A DNA stretch of 64,000 bases from positions 1-64,000 of the forward strand of contig JBGPQV010000013.1 of the NCBI GenBank assembly GCA_041489255.1, given 5' to 3'. Source of the stretch: Thermoplasmata archaeon (GTDB lineage Archaea; Thermoplasmatota; Thermoplasmata; RBG-16-68-12; JAFNFQ01). A program made the position numbers and the translations under genes. The first letter of the stretch is position 1. Each line of letters opens with the position of its first letter. Shown piece after piece: positions 30,093 to 39,878 of this stretch. The notes under the pieces are model-generated. The model saw only the letters and a list, made by a program, of their open reading frames with translations, did not search any database and was not told the DNA's origin.

Positions 30093-31606
30093 GCCATCCG
30101 TCGAATCCGTGCAAACATCCTCCTGATGGGCTGGGCTAGGACATCCAATTCTCTTGGGGACATAGTGTACAGTCCGGCGAATATTACCGTGGCGACGAGC
30201 GCTAGTGCGAGCAGGAATCTCGGCACGCCGCTGTATAGTGAGATGAATCCGGCGGCAGGGAGCGAAATGGCGGCGATTAAAAGGGTCACAGTGAGCTGTC
30301 TAATGTCGACGGACCAAGAGTACTTGGCGAAAGCGAGGGTGGCGGCGAACTGTATGATATATGCAACGAGGATTGCAATAGCGAGGCCGATCTCCCTCAT
30401 GGTCGGCGCGAGGACGATGGAGATGACGACCATCGGCACACCCCATATGACGTTGAGCAACAAGCCCATTCTCATTTGCCCGGTCCCGGCGATTCCGTAG
30501 CCCACGTAGCTGCCGACGCTCGCGATGTATATGGCTGGCGCCGCGAGCCGTAAGACAGGTGCGGCAGTGGTGTACGCAGCTCCGTAGAGTGTGCGCAGGA
30601 ACGGCTCGGGGAGTGCCATCAGTATCAGGGCTGGCGGAAGCGTGAGAAACGCACCGACGCGCAATGTCCTAACCATGAAGGTGGACAGACCGTCTGGTTT
30701 CTCCTGGTGGAACTTGGAGACGATAGGCACGAGGGGCACGCCGACGGCTCCAGAAATGATGAGGAGGTAGCCCGCCAGGCCGGAGCCTGCGGAGTAGAGG
30801 CCGACGTGGGTGAAATTCCCCCGATCTATTGAAGCGAGCAGCGAGTTGCAGAACCATAGGACCAGGGTTACGACGACCGAGCTAACGACAGCGGGCAGCG
30901 CGTACTCGGCTATCCTTCCGTAGATTGACCTCTCTCTTGGTATGGTCAGCTTGAGGCGGCGGGTGATCCAGATTCTGCGCAGCAGTGCGATGTTCACGAA
31001 GATGCTGATAACCGTGGAGACTATCATTGCCAGGATTGCACCCTGGAGGGACAGAAAGACGACGAAGACGACTGTGCTCGGGATTGAGAGCAGAGCGGAC
31101 ACGGAGTTTCTGAGGCCAAGCTCCTTAATTTTCTCGAATCCCTGGAAGGTCGCGAAGAAGGGCGACGAAATGGCGGACATAGCCATACTTATCGACGCCA
31201 CGAGCAGCAACCACACGAAGCGGGAGTCGTGCAGGTTCACAGCCAGCAGAGGCCCGATGATCGCGAGCGCCGACACGGTGAGGGCTGTCGAGATGAGCGT
31301 GAGCACGAAGCCGGCGCCAAGGAGCCTACTTGCCTCCTCTGGCTTGTCGTGCGGGACTGCGGCGAGGAACTTGACGAGTGCGCTCGGCGTCTGGAAGGTC
31401 GTGAACACGGCGGCAAGGTTAATCGTCAGGATGACAATGCTTAGGACGCCGTAGTCGTTCTGCGTTAGGACGCGGATGATGATGATCGAGTTCACGACGG
31501 TGGCGAGACGTGTGGTGACTGTTGAGACGAACGAGAAGGCAGAGCCGGACGCGAGCTTGTCACCTTTCGTCGCGGTCTTCCCTTGGCGTTCAGTCTGCTC
31601 AGCCAA
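30089..31606 (-). CDS. Oligosaccharide flippase (Wzx/MATE superfamily)
   Basis: About 12-14 TM helices, RVL..DYG, VGLYS, LYG..Y; located in the glycosylation cluster. Confidence 0.88.
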   Translation of the reverse strand: MAEQTERQGKTATKGDKLASGSAFSFVSTVTTRLATVVNSIIIIRVLTQNDYGVLSIVILTINLAAVFTTFQTPSALVKFLAAVPHDKPEEASRLLGAGFVLTLISTALTVSALAIIGPLLAVNLHDSRFVWLLLVASISMAMSAISSPFFATFQGFEKIKELGLRNSVSALLSIPSTVVFVVFLSLQGAILAMIVSTVISIFVNIALLRRIWITRRLKLTIPRERSIYGRIAEYALPAVVSSVVVTLVLWFCNSLLASIDRGNFTHVGLYSAGSGLAGYLLIISGAVGVPLVPIVSKFHQEKPDGLSTFMVRTLRVGAFLTLPPALILMALPEPFLRTLYGAAYTTAAPVLRLAAPAIYIASVGSYVGYGIAGTGQMRMGLLLNVIWGVPMVVISIVLAPTMREIGLAIAILVAYIIQFAATLAFAKYSWSVDIRQLTVTLLIAAISLPAAGFISLYSGVPRFLLALALVATVIFAGLYTMSPRELDVLAQPIRRMFARIRRMA

Positions 31607-31791
31607 TGATGGCCTCCATGCTTGCCCCTCGCCAAGACGCTATCAAAGGCTCGGTCCGAGAATCGAAGAGGAGGCTATCGGGCTGAAGGACGGTCTGCAT
31701 CCGTACTTGCCGAACCGTGTTAGTTTTAATAACGCTTTGCACACAATTGCTCGCATGGCGAATAGGGACTGAGACGCAGACCTCAGGTGTG

Positions 31792-32604
31792 CTACTTGCC
31801 GGTCAAACGTTTCCGCAGTTTGAGCAATCGAGTCCTGACGAACATCAGAACACCCTGAAACCACCTGTGGAAACGTATCCGCCTTCTCTCGCTGGCATTG
31901 ATATGGATTACTGGCAATCCCCTCTCTGTCCTGACCGCCTCGAGCAGGCACACAGCAGTCTGAACAACCCAAGCCTTCCTCTCGGCATTTGAGGGCTTGA
32001 GTCTATCCTCCGGGAAGACCGCTCCTTTGCCAACCGCTCGGGCGAGCGCTTTCAATTCAACTCGCGAGAGGCCGAATACCGCTAGGGGGCTCTTGGCAAC
32101 ATCGAAGGTTACGATTACGCGATTGCGTGCGACCCTGGACAGTTCCGCGAAAGAAATGCCGATGTCGAAGGGAAGGTGCTCGATCACGGAGACACAGCAG
32201 ACAACATCGAACGAGGTGTCGCGAAATGGTAAATGCGGTAGGGCAGAGCGGACCCTTGTCACGCCTGCAGGCAGCCCCGGGGGCACTTCCGGGTCCACGG
32301 AGACGACCTTTGCCCCATGCCTCGCGAGATAGATTGGAAGTGCGGAGACTCCAGACCCGACATCAAGGACTGAGTGGTCGCTTAGGGGACCGAGCCGGCG
32401 AACGATCCAAGGTAGCTCGAGCAATCTGGACCAAGTCTGCGAATTGTAGACGAGCGGTTCCGCAAAGACAGGACGGTCGATCTCCTTATCGATTTCGAGG
32501 AGTTCAGGAACCCGCCCGACAGACTCGAGGTCGCTCCTGCTGCCGACCACGAGAGTGGACGACTCGCCCGTTTCCGAGTTCATTGACAGCAAGAGGAAGG
32601 TCAT
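31792..32604 (-). CDS. Class I SAM-dependent methyltransferase
   Basis: VLDVGSG, LPFRDTSFDVVCCVSVIEH. Confidence 0.85.
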   Translation of the reverse strand: MTFLLLSMNSETGESSTLVVGSRSDLESVGRVPELLEIDKEIDRPVFAEPLVYNSQTWSRLLELPWIVRRLGPLSDHSVLDVGSGVSALPIYLARHGAKVVSVDPEVPPGLPAGVTRVRSALPHLPFRDTSFDVVCCVSVIEHLPFDIGISFAELSRVARNRVIVTFDVAKSPLAVFGLSRVELKALARAVGKGAVFPEDRLKPSNAERKAWVVQTAVCLLEAVRTERGLPVIHINASERRRIRFHRWFQGVLMFVRTRLLKLRKRLTGK

Positions 32605-32800
32605 CGATTAGTTAGCAGTATCGATTCGGAATGCGGGAGCAACCGGAGACCCGAGAAGATTCCAATCGAGTGCAATCGCATGTGAGAACCTGCATGGCTG
32701 GAGATTCTCAAAAAGTTCCAGTGGATGCCCGAGATGCAGACGGCGGGGAGATCGCGCTCCTAGACGGCGCTCGCTCCGCTTGATGTAGCACCCACTTCGT

Positions 32801-33820
32801 TCATGCATCCCCTCTTTTCCGTAGGATTGAAAGCAGACGGAAGTTGCCGTCTCTTTCTGAGAGGTTGGCGGCCGGGTCCCTCGCGAAACTCAAGATCGCA
32901 CGATGGATTCTCCTGGCCCCAGGAAGTCGCGCTATTGTATCTCGAACCTTCGTCTCTCGGACCAGTCCGCAGGTCGGAGGTTTTTCTATGCCCGCAAGCC
33001 CCGGGAAATCCATCGATTCCAAGTGCTCAACTATGCAGTTGTATTGCCCAGCTAGGATTAGGATACTCTCGGGTGTGAAATACTGCATGTGTTCGAGGTC
33101 CACGCGAAATCCCACCCACTCCTTTGCCGTTTCTAATGATGTTCCCGCGGCCCCCCCATTCGGAGTCCAAAGTACCAGCAGACCTCGGGGGGCGAGGACT
33201 CTTAATGACTCGTCCAGCAGTCGGCGCACTCCGAGCGGATGCTCGATTAGATCAGCCATCATGATGAAGTCCATGCTGTTTGAAGGAAGACGAGCATCTT
33301 CCAGATTGCCGAGATATGCGTTGAAACCGAGCTGTTCTCTCACGAAGGTGCATGCCTCCGGGGATATGTCGACGCCCACTACCTTCGCCCCCAGCGCATC
33401 CGCCTTGACGAGATCCGCACCGATACCGCATCCGACATCGAGGAAATTCCTTCCCCGCAACGTACTCAGAGCACACAGACGTTTGAACCTTGAATCCCCC
33501 TTGGCGTCTTCGAGCGCTCTTCGGTGAAAAACAGCCGCGGTCCTTGCACTCAGTTCACGTGGCCTAAATGTCTGCCAGTAGCCCTTGTACCAGTCGACCA
33601 GAGTCTTTTCGTCCGGGGTGCGACTTACATACCAAAGGCAGCATCGCGTGCAATAGGCGACGGGAAGACCGTCAGGTCGAGATATGATATCCTTGTTCTT
33701 CCCCTCACATAATGGACAATTTCGTTCGCCAAGCGATTGCGGAGGCCACCGTGGAATGCGAGAGTCAAGAGGCGGCAATCGAGGAAGCGCATCTATTTGC
33801 GCGGTCATATCCGAATCCAT
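32801..33820 (-). CDS. Class I SAM-dependent methyltransferase with N-terminal Zn ribbon
   Basis: CPLC..CTRC, FLDVGCG, DLIEH, TPN, EHMQYF. Confidence 0.88.
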   Translation of the reverse strand: MDSDMTAQIDALPRLPPLDSRIPRWPPQSLGERNCPLCEGKNKDIISRPDGLPVAYCTRCCLWYVSRTPDEKTLVDWYKGYWQTFRPRELSARTAAVFHRRALEDAKGDSRFKRLCALSTLRGRNFLDVGCGIGADLVKADALGAKVVGVDISPEACTFVREQLGFNAYLGNLEDARLPSNSMDFIMMADLIEHPLGVRRLLDESLRVLAPRGLLVLWTPNGGAAGTSLETAKEWVGFRVDLEHMQYFTPESILILAGQYNCIVEHLESMDFPGLAGIEKPPTCGLVRETKVRDTIARLPGARRIHRAILSFARDPAANLSERDGNFRLLSILRKRGDA

Positions 33821-34018
33821 ATCGCCGAGCGGGGCTCGTCTTCGCTCATACGTATCGCGCCTAAAATAAGTTCTGCATCGTACAATGCCGCAATGGACGA
33901 TGCGGCTCCTTTCCCGTCACCATGTCTATTGTGAGTGCACGGGAGTGAACGTCCATGATTGAGCATGTTTTCGTCACGTTCGCAACCTCTCTGCGATTTG
34001 TCTGCAGGCGCGCGACTA

Positions 34019-34364
34019 TCATCATCTTGCGTCTTGAAGCTGGCCAAGAGCAATACGTCGGCGAGAATGAGCACCGAAGACACCAGGAACTCAGCCCCAA
34101 AACCATACCCTTCCGAGACGAAGCCGCCGAACAAGGGCCAGTGATCGAGCCCATTCCCATGATAGCGATGTATGGGCCGAAGGTCTTTGCTCGCCCCTCA
34201 TTCGGTCATAGGCGGGAGAGGATCGTCGATGCGTAGACAATGAATAGCGCCAATGAGGCTCCTATGAGTCCGTGGACTAGGAGCGCCGCGATGAATGCCC
34301 ACGTCAGGCCGAGGGGCAGCCAGACCAGAGTGAGGAAGGCCGGGAACATCGCGCAGAACGCGGT
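34019..34364 (-). pseudogene. Decayed duplicate of the 3' part of the MFS gene at 36164-37444
   Basis: Encodes FPAFLTLVWLPLGLTWAFIAALLVHGLIGAS, nearly identical to the MFS. Then a premature TGA, a 1-nt frameshift, and an internal deletion joining TAF(C/Y)AMFP directly to FPAFL. Confidence 0.88.
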
Positions 34365-34393
34365 TCTCATGATTTCTTGCAGCCGATTATTGG

Positions 34394-35233
34394 TCAGGCA
34401 ATCGTTGTCCGAGCGACGTCTTCGAGCGTGACGAACTTCCAGCCTCGGTCTTTCCCGAGACCGATGAACTGCGACAACCGCGAAATGTCCTTGCTGCACG
34501 CGTTCTTGATCCACCTCGGCAGACTCGGGTGGTGGTCGTAAAGTTCGACGAATTCCCAGGGGTGCAAGACCATGACGACGATATCCTCGGCCTTCGTCAC
34601 AGCCTCGACCCCCATCGTGGCGCCGTAGGTGTTGATGAAGCCGCCTCCGATGGGTATCTGACGCACAATCGGGTTCTCAGTCGAAGGAATCTCCAGAATC
34701 GGGGACGAACCACGTCTCCTCACGTCGTCGGCTGAAGGGTGATAGGGAACCCGCGTGGCACCCCTGAAATCGTACGCGTAGCCGAAGAGACCTTTGCGCA
34801 TTCTCCTCTCCGGAAGCACCGATGAATCGATTTTGTAGCCAGTCTTCTCAAGGCAGAGAAGAGTCGTCTCATTGAAACTGAAATTCGGCGCTCTGAACGT
34901 CGCCAATTTCGCTCCGGAAGATTCTTCAATCACTCTCGTCGAGTCGTTGATCAAGCGCATCTGCGTGTCCAAGTCACTAAGGCAAAGAAAGCGGTGATCC
35001 ATGGAATGATTTCCAAGGCTGAAGCCCATTTTCAGAATGTCCTTCGCGAGGGAAGGGTATACGTTGCAGAGCGAAGCAAGGAAGAAGATATCGGCCGGTA
35101 TCCCGGTTGATTTCAGCAAATCAAGGAGGCGGGGTAGACCGTCGTCGACTCCGAGATGGCTGTCGCCCAGATATGGAGGATAGTCAGGCTCGACGTCGAA
35201 GCTCACGACTACGGTTTTCATCGCTCGTTCCAT
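34394..35233 (-). CDS. Polysaccharide deacetylase (CE4; resembles exosortase-locus subfamily)
   Basis: SFDVE, HSMDH, FRAPNFS, DSSVLP, GGG, LHPWE. Confidence 0.9.
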   Translation of the reverse strand: MERAMKTVVVSFDVEPDYPPYLGDSHLGVDDGLPRLLDLLKSTGIPADIFFLASLCNVYPSLAKDILKMGFSLGNHSMDHRFLCLSDLDTQMRLINDSTRVIEESSGAKLATFRAPNFSFNETTLLCLEKTGYKIDSSVLPERRMRKGLFGYAYDFRGATRVPYHPSADDVRRRGSSPILEIPSTENPIVRQIPIGGGFINTYGATMGVEAVTKAEDIVVMVLHPWEFVELYDHHPSLPRWIKNACSKDISRLSQFIGLGKDRGWKFVTLEDVARTTIA

Positions 35234-35268
35234 CGACGGCAGAGCAAGCTTTTAGGATATGAGCCTTA

Positions 35269-36138
35269 TTGCACGGTCGCTTGAAAGCCGTAATACCCGC
35301 CGCAGGTCTTGGAACAAGGTTCCTGCCGTATACCAAGGCACAGCCGAAGGAAATGCTCCCCGTCGTCGACAAGCCCGCGATCCAGTATGTGGTGGAGGAA
35401 GCTGCGGCGTCAGGTCTCCGCGACATACTCATCGTCACCGGTCGGGGCAAGAGGGCCATAGAGGATCACTTCGACCGAAGCGTCGAGCTGGAAGGTTATC
35501 TGAGACGGTCGTCGAAGGACAAAGAACTGGAGCAGATGCAGGAGATCGGAAGCCTCGCGAACATCATGTACGTCAGGCAGAAGGAGCCACTCGGACTGGG
35601 CCATGCCATTCTGTGCGCCGAGCCCTTCGTGGGTGAAGAGCCGTTCGCCGTCCTTCTCGGCGATGACATCCTCATTGATTCGACGCCTTGCACAAAGAAG
35701 CTGGTCGATGTCTTCGAGAAGAGACATGCGGCGGTCCTCGCTGTCCAGGAGATGCCCATGAGGAAGGTCGGAGCCTATGGCGTCGTCTCCTGCAAATCAA
35801 TCGGCGAGTCGCTCTACGAGGTCGACGGTATCGTGGAGAAGCCCTCGCCCGAGAAGGCCAACTCAAACCTCGTGTCCATCGGCAGGTACATTCTCCCTCC
35901 GAGCATCTTCAGACACCTGAAGTCGCTCAAGCCCGGCGTTGGCGGCGAAATCCAGCTCACCGATGGGATAAGGGAGCTGCTCAAGAGCGAGAAAGTCTTC
36001 GCGATGAGATTCGACGGGAAGAGGTACGACATCGGCGACAGGATGTCATGGCTAAAGGCGAATATCGAGCTGGCGATGGGACGGCCGGAATTCAAAGAAG
36101 GCTTCGAGGAATTCCTGAAGGAGTTTTCTGGGAAGTAG
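35269..36138 (+). CDS. galU: UTP--glucose-1-phosphate uridylyltransferase
   Basis: KAVIPAAGLGTRFLP.TKA.PKEMLP, LGLGHA, VEKP, GEIQLTD. Confidence 0.96.
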   Translation: MHGRLKAVIPAAGLGTRFLPYTKAQPKEMLPVVDKPAIQYVVEEAAASGLRDILIVTGRGKRAIEDHFDRSVELEGYLRRSSKDKELEQMQEIGSLANIMYVRQKEPLGLGHAILCAEPFVGEEPFAVLLGDDILIDSTPCTKKLVDVFEKRHAAVLAVQEMPMRKVGAYGVVSCKSIGESLYEVDGIVEKPSPEKANSNLVSIGRYILPPSIFRHLKSLKPGVGGEIQLTDGIRELLKSEKVFAMRFDGKRYDIGDRMSWLKANIELAMGRPEFKEGFEEFLKEFSGK

Positions 36139-36163
36139 CCGCCCGGACCTCCAACGGCGCGAC

Positions 36164-37444
36164 TCAGTCTTCCTGTATCTTGAGGCTGGCCAGGAGCAGG
36201 ACTCCGGAGAGGATGAGGATCGAGGACACCAGGAACCCGCCTTCGTATCCGTAGCCCTCCGTGATGAAACCGCCGAGCAGGGGGCCGGCGATCGAGCCTA
36301 TTCCCATTATCGCGTTGTAGAAACCGAATGTCTGCGCTCGTCCCTCCTTCGGAGCGAGGCGCGACACGATAATCGATCCGGAGACGTTGATCACCGCCCA
36401 CGAAGCTCCTATGAGCCCGTGGACGAGGAGGGCTGCGATGAATGCCCACGTCAGGCCGAGCGGCAGCCAGACCAGAGAGAGGAAGGCCGGGAAAAGGACG
36501 ACCCTTGCGGTCGCCCCCGCAATCTGCGCACGCCTTGCTCCGAACTTGGATATCCACCGCCCAACCCTGGAATATATGGCGGCCGACACGGCCTGGCTCG
36601 CGATGAAGACGGCGAAGACCTGCGAGGCGTCGAATCGCGCGGGACCCGCCAAGAATATCGGGAACATCGCGTAGAAAGCGGTGAAGCCGGAGAAGAGCAG
36701 GATGACGCAGACGTAGTAGGACCTCAGGGTCCTCGAGGAGGCCGGCCTCTTCCCGCCGTGGTTCGCGAACTCGAAGTAGTGAAGGAGCTTCATCGGCAGG
36801 AACTTCACTCTTTCAACCGCCAAGTAGAGGTGCTCGGAGATGTGGACCGTGGACCTCTTGATAGGCGTCTCGGGGTCCTTGATCCAGCGCCAGGCCATCA
36901 GGGCGGAGAGGACGGAGAGCATCGCACCCGCCAGGAACAGCGCACGCATCGAGCCTATTGCTCCCCAGGTCCCAGAGAACCCCGCGAGCCACGAGGCGCC
37001 TATCGCCAGACCGACGATGAAGCCGATCCCGCCTATCTGGCTGAAGAGAGCGAGCTTGTTCGGCCACTGAGTCCTGTCAGAGGTCTCCATGATCAGCACG
37101 GTGCCGACCAGGCCGGCGGAGGTCAGCGCGCCCAGGAGCAGGTTGGCGAGATAGAGCTCCGGGATGCCTTGGCTGACCGCCATGATCCCGAGCGAGGCGG
37201 CCATGCCGACGAAGCTCAGCACGACGAAGGCGCGTCTCCTGCCGATGCGGTCGGACGCGCGGCCCCAGAGCATGAACGCGGGGACGGAGGCGATGCTTGA
37301 GGAGGCGGCGATGATCCCGACCTCCGCGGCGCCGGCTCCGAGGAGGAGCGCGAAAAGGGGGATGAGGGTCGATGTGGCGCCGCCGGCGATGCCGTTCGGC
37401 AGGAAGGAGTAGTACCACTTGTCGCCGCCAGCGCTGCCTTTCAA
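36164..37444 (-). CDS. MFS transporter
   Basis: GRASDRIGRR motif A; 12 TM helices. Confidence 0.92.
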   Translation of the reverse strand: MKGSAGGDKWYYSFLPNGIAGGATSTLIPLFALLLGAGAAEVGIIAASSSIASVPAFMLWGRASDRIGRRRAFVVLSFVGMAASLGIMAVSQGIPELYLANLLLGALTSAGLVGTVLIMETSDRTQWPNKLALFSQIGGIGFIVGLAIGASWLAGFSGTWGAIGSMRALFLAGAMLSVLSALMAWRWIKDPETPIKRSTVHISEHLYLAVERVKFLPMKLLHYFEFANHGGKRPASSRTLRSYYVCVILLFSGFTAFYAMFPIFLAGPARFDASQVFAVFIASQAVSAAIYSRVGRWISKFGARRAQIAGATARVVLFPAFLSLVWLPLGLTWAFIAALLVHGLIGASWAVINVSGSIIVSRLAPKEGRAQTFGFYNAIMGIGSIAGPLLGGFITEGYGYEGGFLVSSILILSGVLLLASLKIQED

Positions 37445-37519
37445 CCCATCCCTTCTTCGGGATTTCGGAAAGCTAGCTCGACGTAGTTATTCTTTTGCCA
37501 TTGGCTTCTTGGAGGTTCG

Positions 37520-38311
37520 CTAGTGCGGAAGGATGTCCCATATCAACTTGGATGCCGCCACGAACAGCATGAGGATGAAGATCAGTGAAACGGTCCTCGT
37601 CTTCAGCTTCGCCAGGCCCCACCTCGACCCGACGAAGGCCCCTATGAAGACCAGCGGTGCCAGGACGGGCACCAACCAGAACAGCGAGTAGTCTGCAGGC
37701 TTGATGACGGCGTAGATGGAGAAGCTGAGCAGGGACGTGGGGATGATCAACAGGGCGGAGGTGCCGATCGCCTTCCTCGTGGCCCTCCCCAGGATGCTCA
37801 CGATGATCGGGACGTTGACGAGACCGCCGCCGATTCCGAGAGCGCCGGAGAGGAAACCCGCGCCGACCTCGCCCGTCGTGGCGGTCCCGAGCCTCGCCTT
37901 GGTCATCTTGCTTGCGTCATCATTGTCCATGAGATGCGGGCTGCGGTAGAGGTTGACGATCATCTGCGCGCCGAAGATGCAGAGGACCGCGACGAAGAAG
38001 ATGATGAACTGCTCCTTGGTCGACTCGATGTTGAAGAAGACGCCGAAGACAGTCCCCGCCAGGGCTCCAATGACCAGGATGGACGCGAGCCTGACGTCGA
38101 CTAGCTTGCGGCGGTGGTGGTTGTAGAAGGAGGCGATGCCCGTTGCGGTGGTGAAGGTCAGGGAGAGGGGCACCGCGATGAGCTTGTCAGGCGTGACGAG
38201 CGAGAGGAGTATCGGGACGTAGAGGAGGCCGCCGCCGAGCCCCAGGTTGCTGTAGATGAAGGACACGCCGAACAGCAGGAAGGCGAGGAGGGCGAAGGTG
38301 AACGGATCCAC
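37520..38311 (-). CDS. TauE/SafE (TSUP) family exporter
   Basis: GLGGGLLYVP and GIGGGLVNVP repeats, AIGTS. Confidence 0.92.
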   Translation of the reverse strand: MDPFTFALLAFLLFGVSFIYSNLGLGGGLLYVPILLSLVTPDKLIAVPLSLTFTTATGIASFYNHHRRKLVDVRLASILVIGALAGTVFGVFFNIESTKEQFIIFFVAVLCIFGAQMIVNLYRSPHLMDNDDASKMTKARLGTATTGEVGAGFLSGALGIGGGLVNVPIIVSILGRATRKAIGTSALLIIPTSLLSFSIYAVIKPADYSLFWLVPVLAPLVFIGAFVGSRWGLAKLKTRTVSLIFILMLFVAASKLIWDILPH

Positions 38312-38435
38312 GAACCTGATGAAGGAAAGAGACGTATCAACCTATCGAGGACCCTTCGGCGATGATGGGCCGACAGTTTTATCACCCGTCCAGAGCTATG
38401 TTTTTTCTGAAAGGACGAGTGGTGGGGACGCCTTC

Positions 38436-38786
38436 ATGAAGTCCAGCGAAGAGGGCCGATGGACGGCATTCGGGGTGGCCGTCTGGATTCTTGGAATCAC
38501 AGTGCTGATTGCGGGTTTCGTCCTCTCTCAGCAACGGGAGACGAAGATCACGCAGCAATGCGGCCAATATGTAGGAGGAAATTGCCATCGCTGGATCGAT
38601 GTCGAGCAGACCATCGTGACTCCGCTGGCCATCGTGGGTTACGTGCTTGCGGCGTTAGGGATACTGTTCATCATCTCCGGATTCATCGTATTCTTCGTCC
38701 TGACCTCGAGGTCGAAATCACGAGTGGCAAAGGCAAATACTGTCGCGGAGAGCGAATCGCCTGAGGATAGAGAGCTCAAGCGCTAG
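38436..38786 (+). CDS. Small hypothetical protein with 2 TM helices
   Basis: Two hydrophobic helices around a loop with two Cys; start at ATG 38436 avoids overlap with TauE. Confidence 0.6.
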   Translation: MKSSEEGRWTAFGVAVWILGITVLIAGFVLSQQRETKITQQCGQYVGGNCHRWIDVEQTIVTPLAIVGYVLAALGILFIISGFIVFFVLTSRSKSRVAKANTVAESESPEDRELKR

Positions 38787-38818
38787 CCTTTTATTACGCT
38801 CTCGGTCATCCTCTCCCC

Positions 38819-39703
38819 GTGCTCTTCCTCGTGCGCTTCGGTGAGATCCACCTCAAGAGCAAGTACGTCCGCAAGCAGTTCCAGGACAAGCTCGTCGCGA
38901 ACATACAGGATCACTTCGCTTCGAGAGGCGTCGAGTGCCTCACCTCGTCGGACAGGGGGAGGGTGTACGTCGAGACGGACGACGAGGCGGCGGGGTGGTC
39001 GATACTGAGGCGGGTGTTCGGAGTCGTGTCGTTCAGCGCGGTTGTCGAGTGCCACGCGGACATGGAGGCGATTTCGAAGACGCTCGTGGGCTACTCCCGC
39101 AATCTCGTGAAGGAAGGAGCGAGCTTCGCGATAAGGTCTAGGCGGTCGGGGAGCCACGCGTTCACCAGCCGCGACGTCGCGGTGGCGGCGGGAAAAGCGA
39201 TGCAAGATACTTACAGGTCGCTCGAAGTTGATCTTGCCAAGCCGGACATCGAGCTGTTCATCGAGGTCAGGAACAACAGGGCGTTCATCTTCCACGAGGT
39301 GGTCGAGGGGCCAGGCGGGCTGCCCATGGGTAGTCAGGGGCGGATGCTCGCGCTGGTCGACGGCGAGAGGGGGATGGTGGCGGCATGGATGATGATGAAG
39401 CGGGGGAGCAAGGTGACGGTCATCGCGACAGACGGATCGGAGTGGGTCGAGCCGCTGAGGGAGTGGGACCTGCACCTGAAGGTCCAGAGGATAGCGCGCA
39501 TGGACGAGCTCAGGGAGATCTCGAAGCTGAACAGGGCTGAGGTCCTGGCGGTGGGGTGGGCCCTCGAGGAACTGGAGGCAAGGAAGGGCGAGGTCCCAGA
39601 GGGACTCACCCTCTTCCATCCGGCGGTGGGGCTGACGGATGAGGGGCTGGCGGAGATCGCGGGGAGGATCAGGCTGGGCGGGGAAAAAGGGGTTCTTTCT
39701 TAG
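38819..39703 (+). CDS. ThiI-like THUMP-domain protein with degenerate PP-loop
   Basis: VRFGEIHLKS, VFGV, VDL.KPD..IEVR, GPGGLPMGSQG; SGGxDS is replaced by DGERG. Confidence 0.85.
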   Translation: MLFLVRFGEIHLKSKYVRKQFQDKLVANIQDHFASRGVECLTSSDRGRVYVETDDEAAGWSILRRVFGVVSFSAVVECHADMEAISKTLVGYSRNLVKEGASFAIRSRRSGSHAFTSRDVAVAAGKAMQDTYRSLEVDLAKPDIELFIEVRNNRAFIFHEVVEGPGGLPMGSQGRMLALVDGERGMVAAWMMMKRGSKVTVIATDGSEWVEPLREWDLHLKVQRIARMDELREISKLNRAEVLAVGWALEELEARKGEVPEGLTLFHPAVGLTDEGLAEIAGRIRLGGEKGVLS

Positions 39704-39878
39704 GAACGCCGTGTTGGAGAATCGCTTGCCGGGCAGCCACAGTCTCTACCAAGGAGAACGCGTTCGCGCTTTCCGCCGTCTTTCGCAGGGCCTCTGTATC
39801 CGCCAAATCCGCGGTTGAGTTTCGGCACTTGACAACCTGAGCCAAAGCATTATCGTCTCCGCGTTTGCTCGAAAGCCC

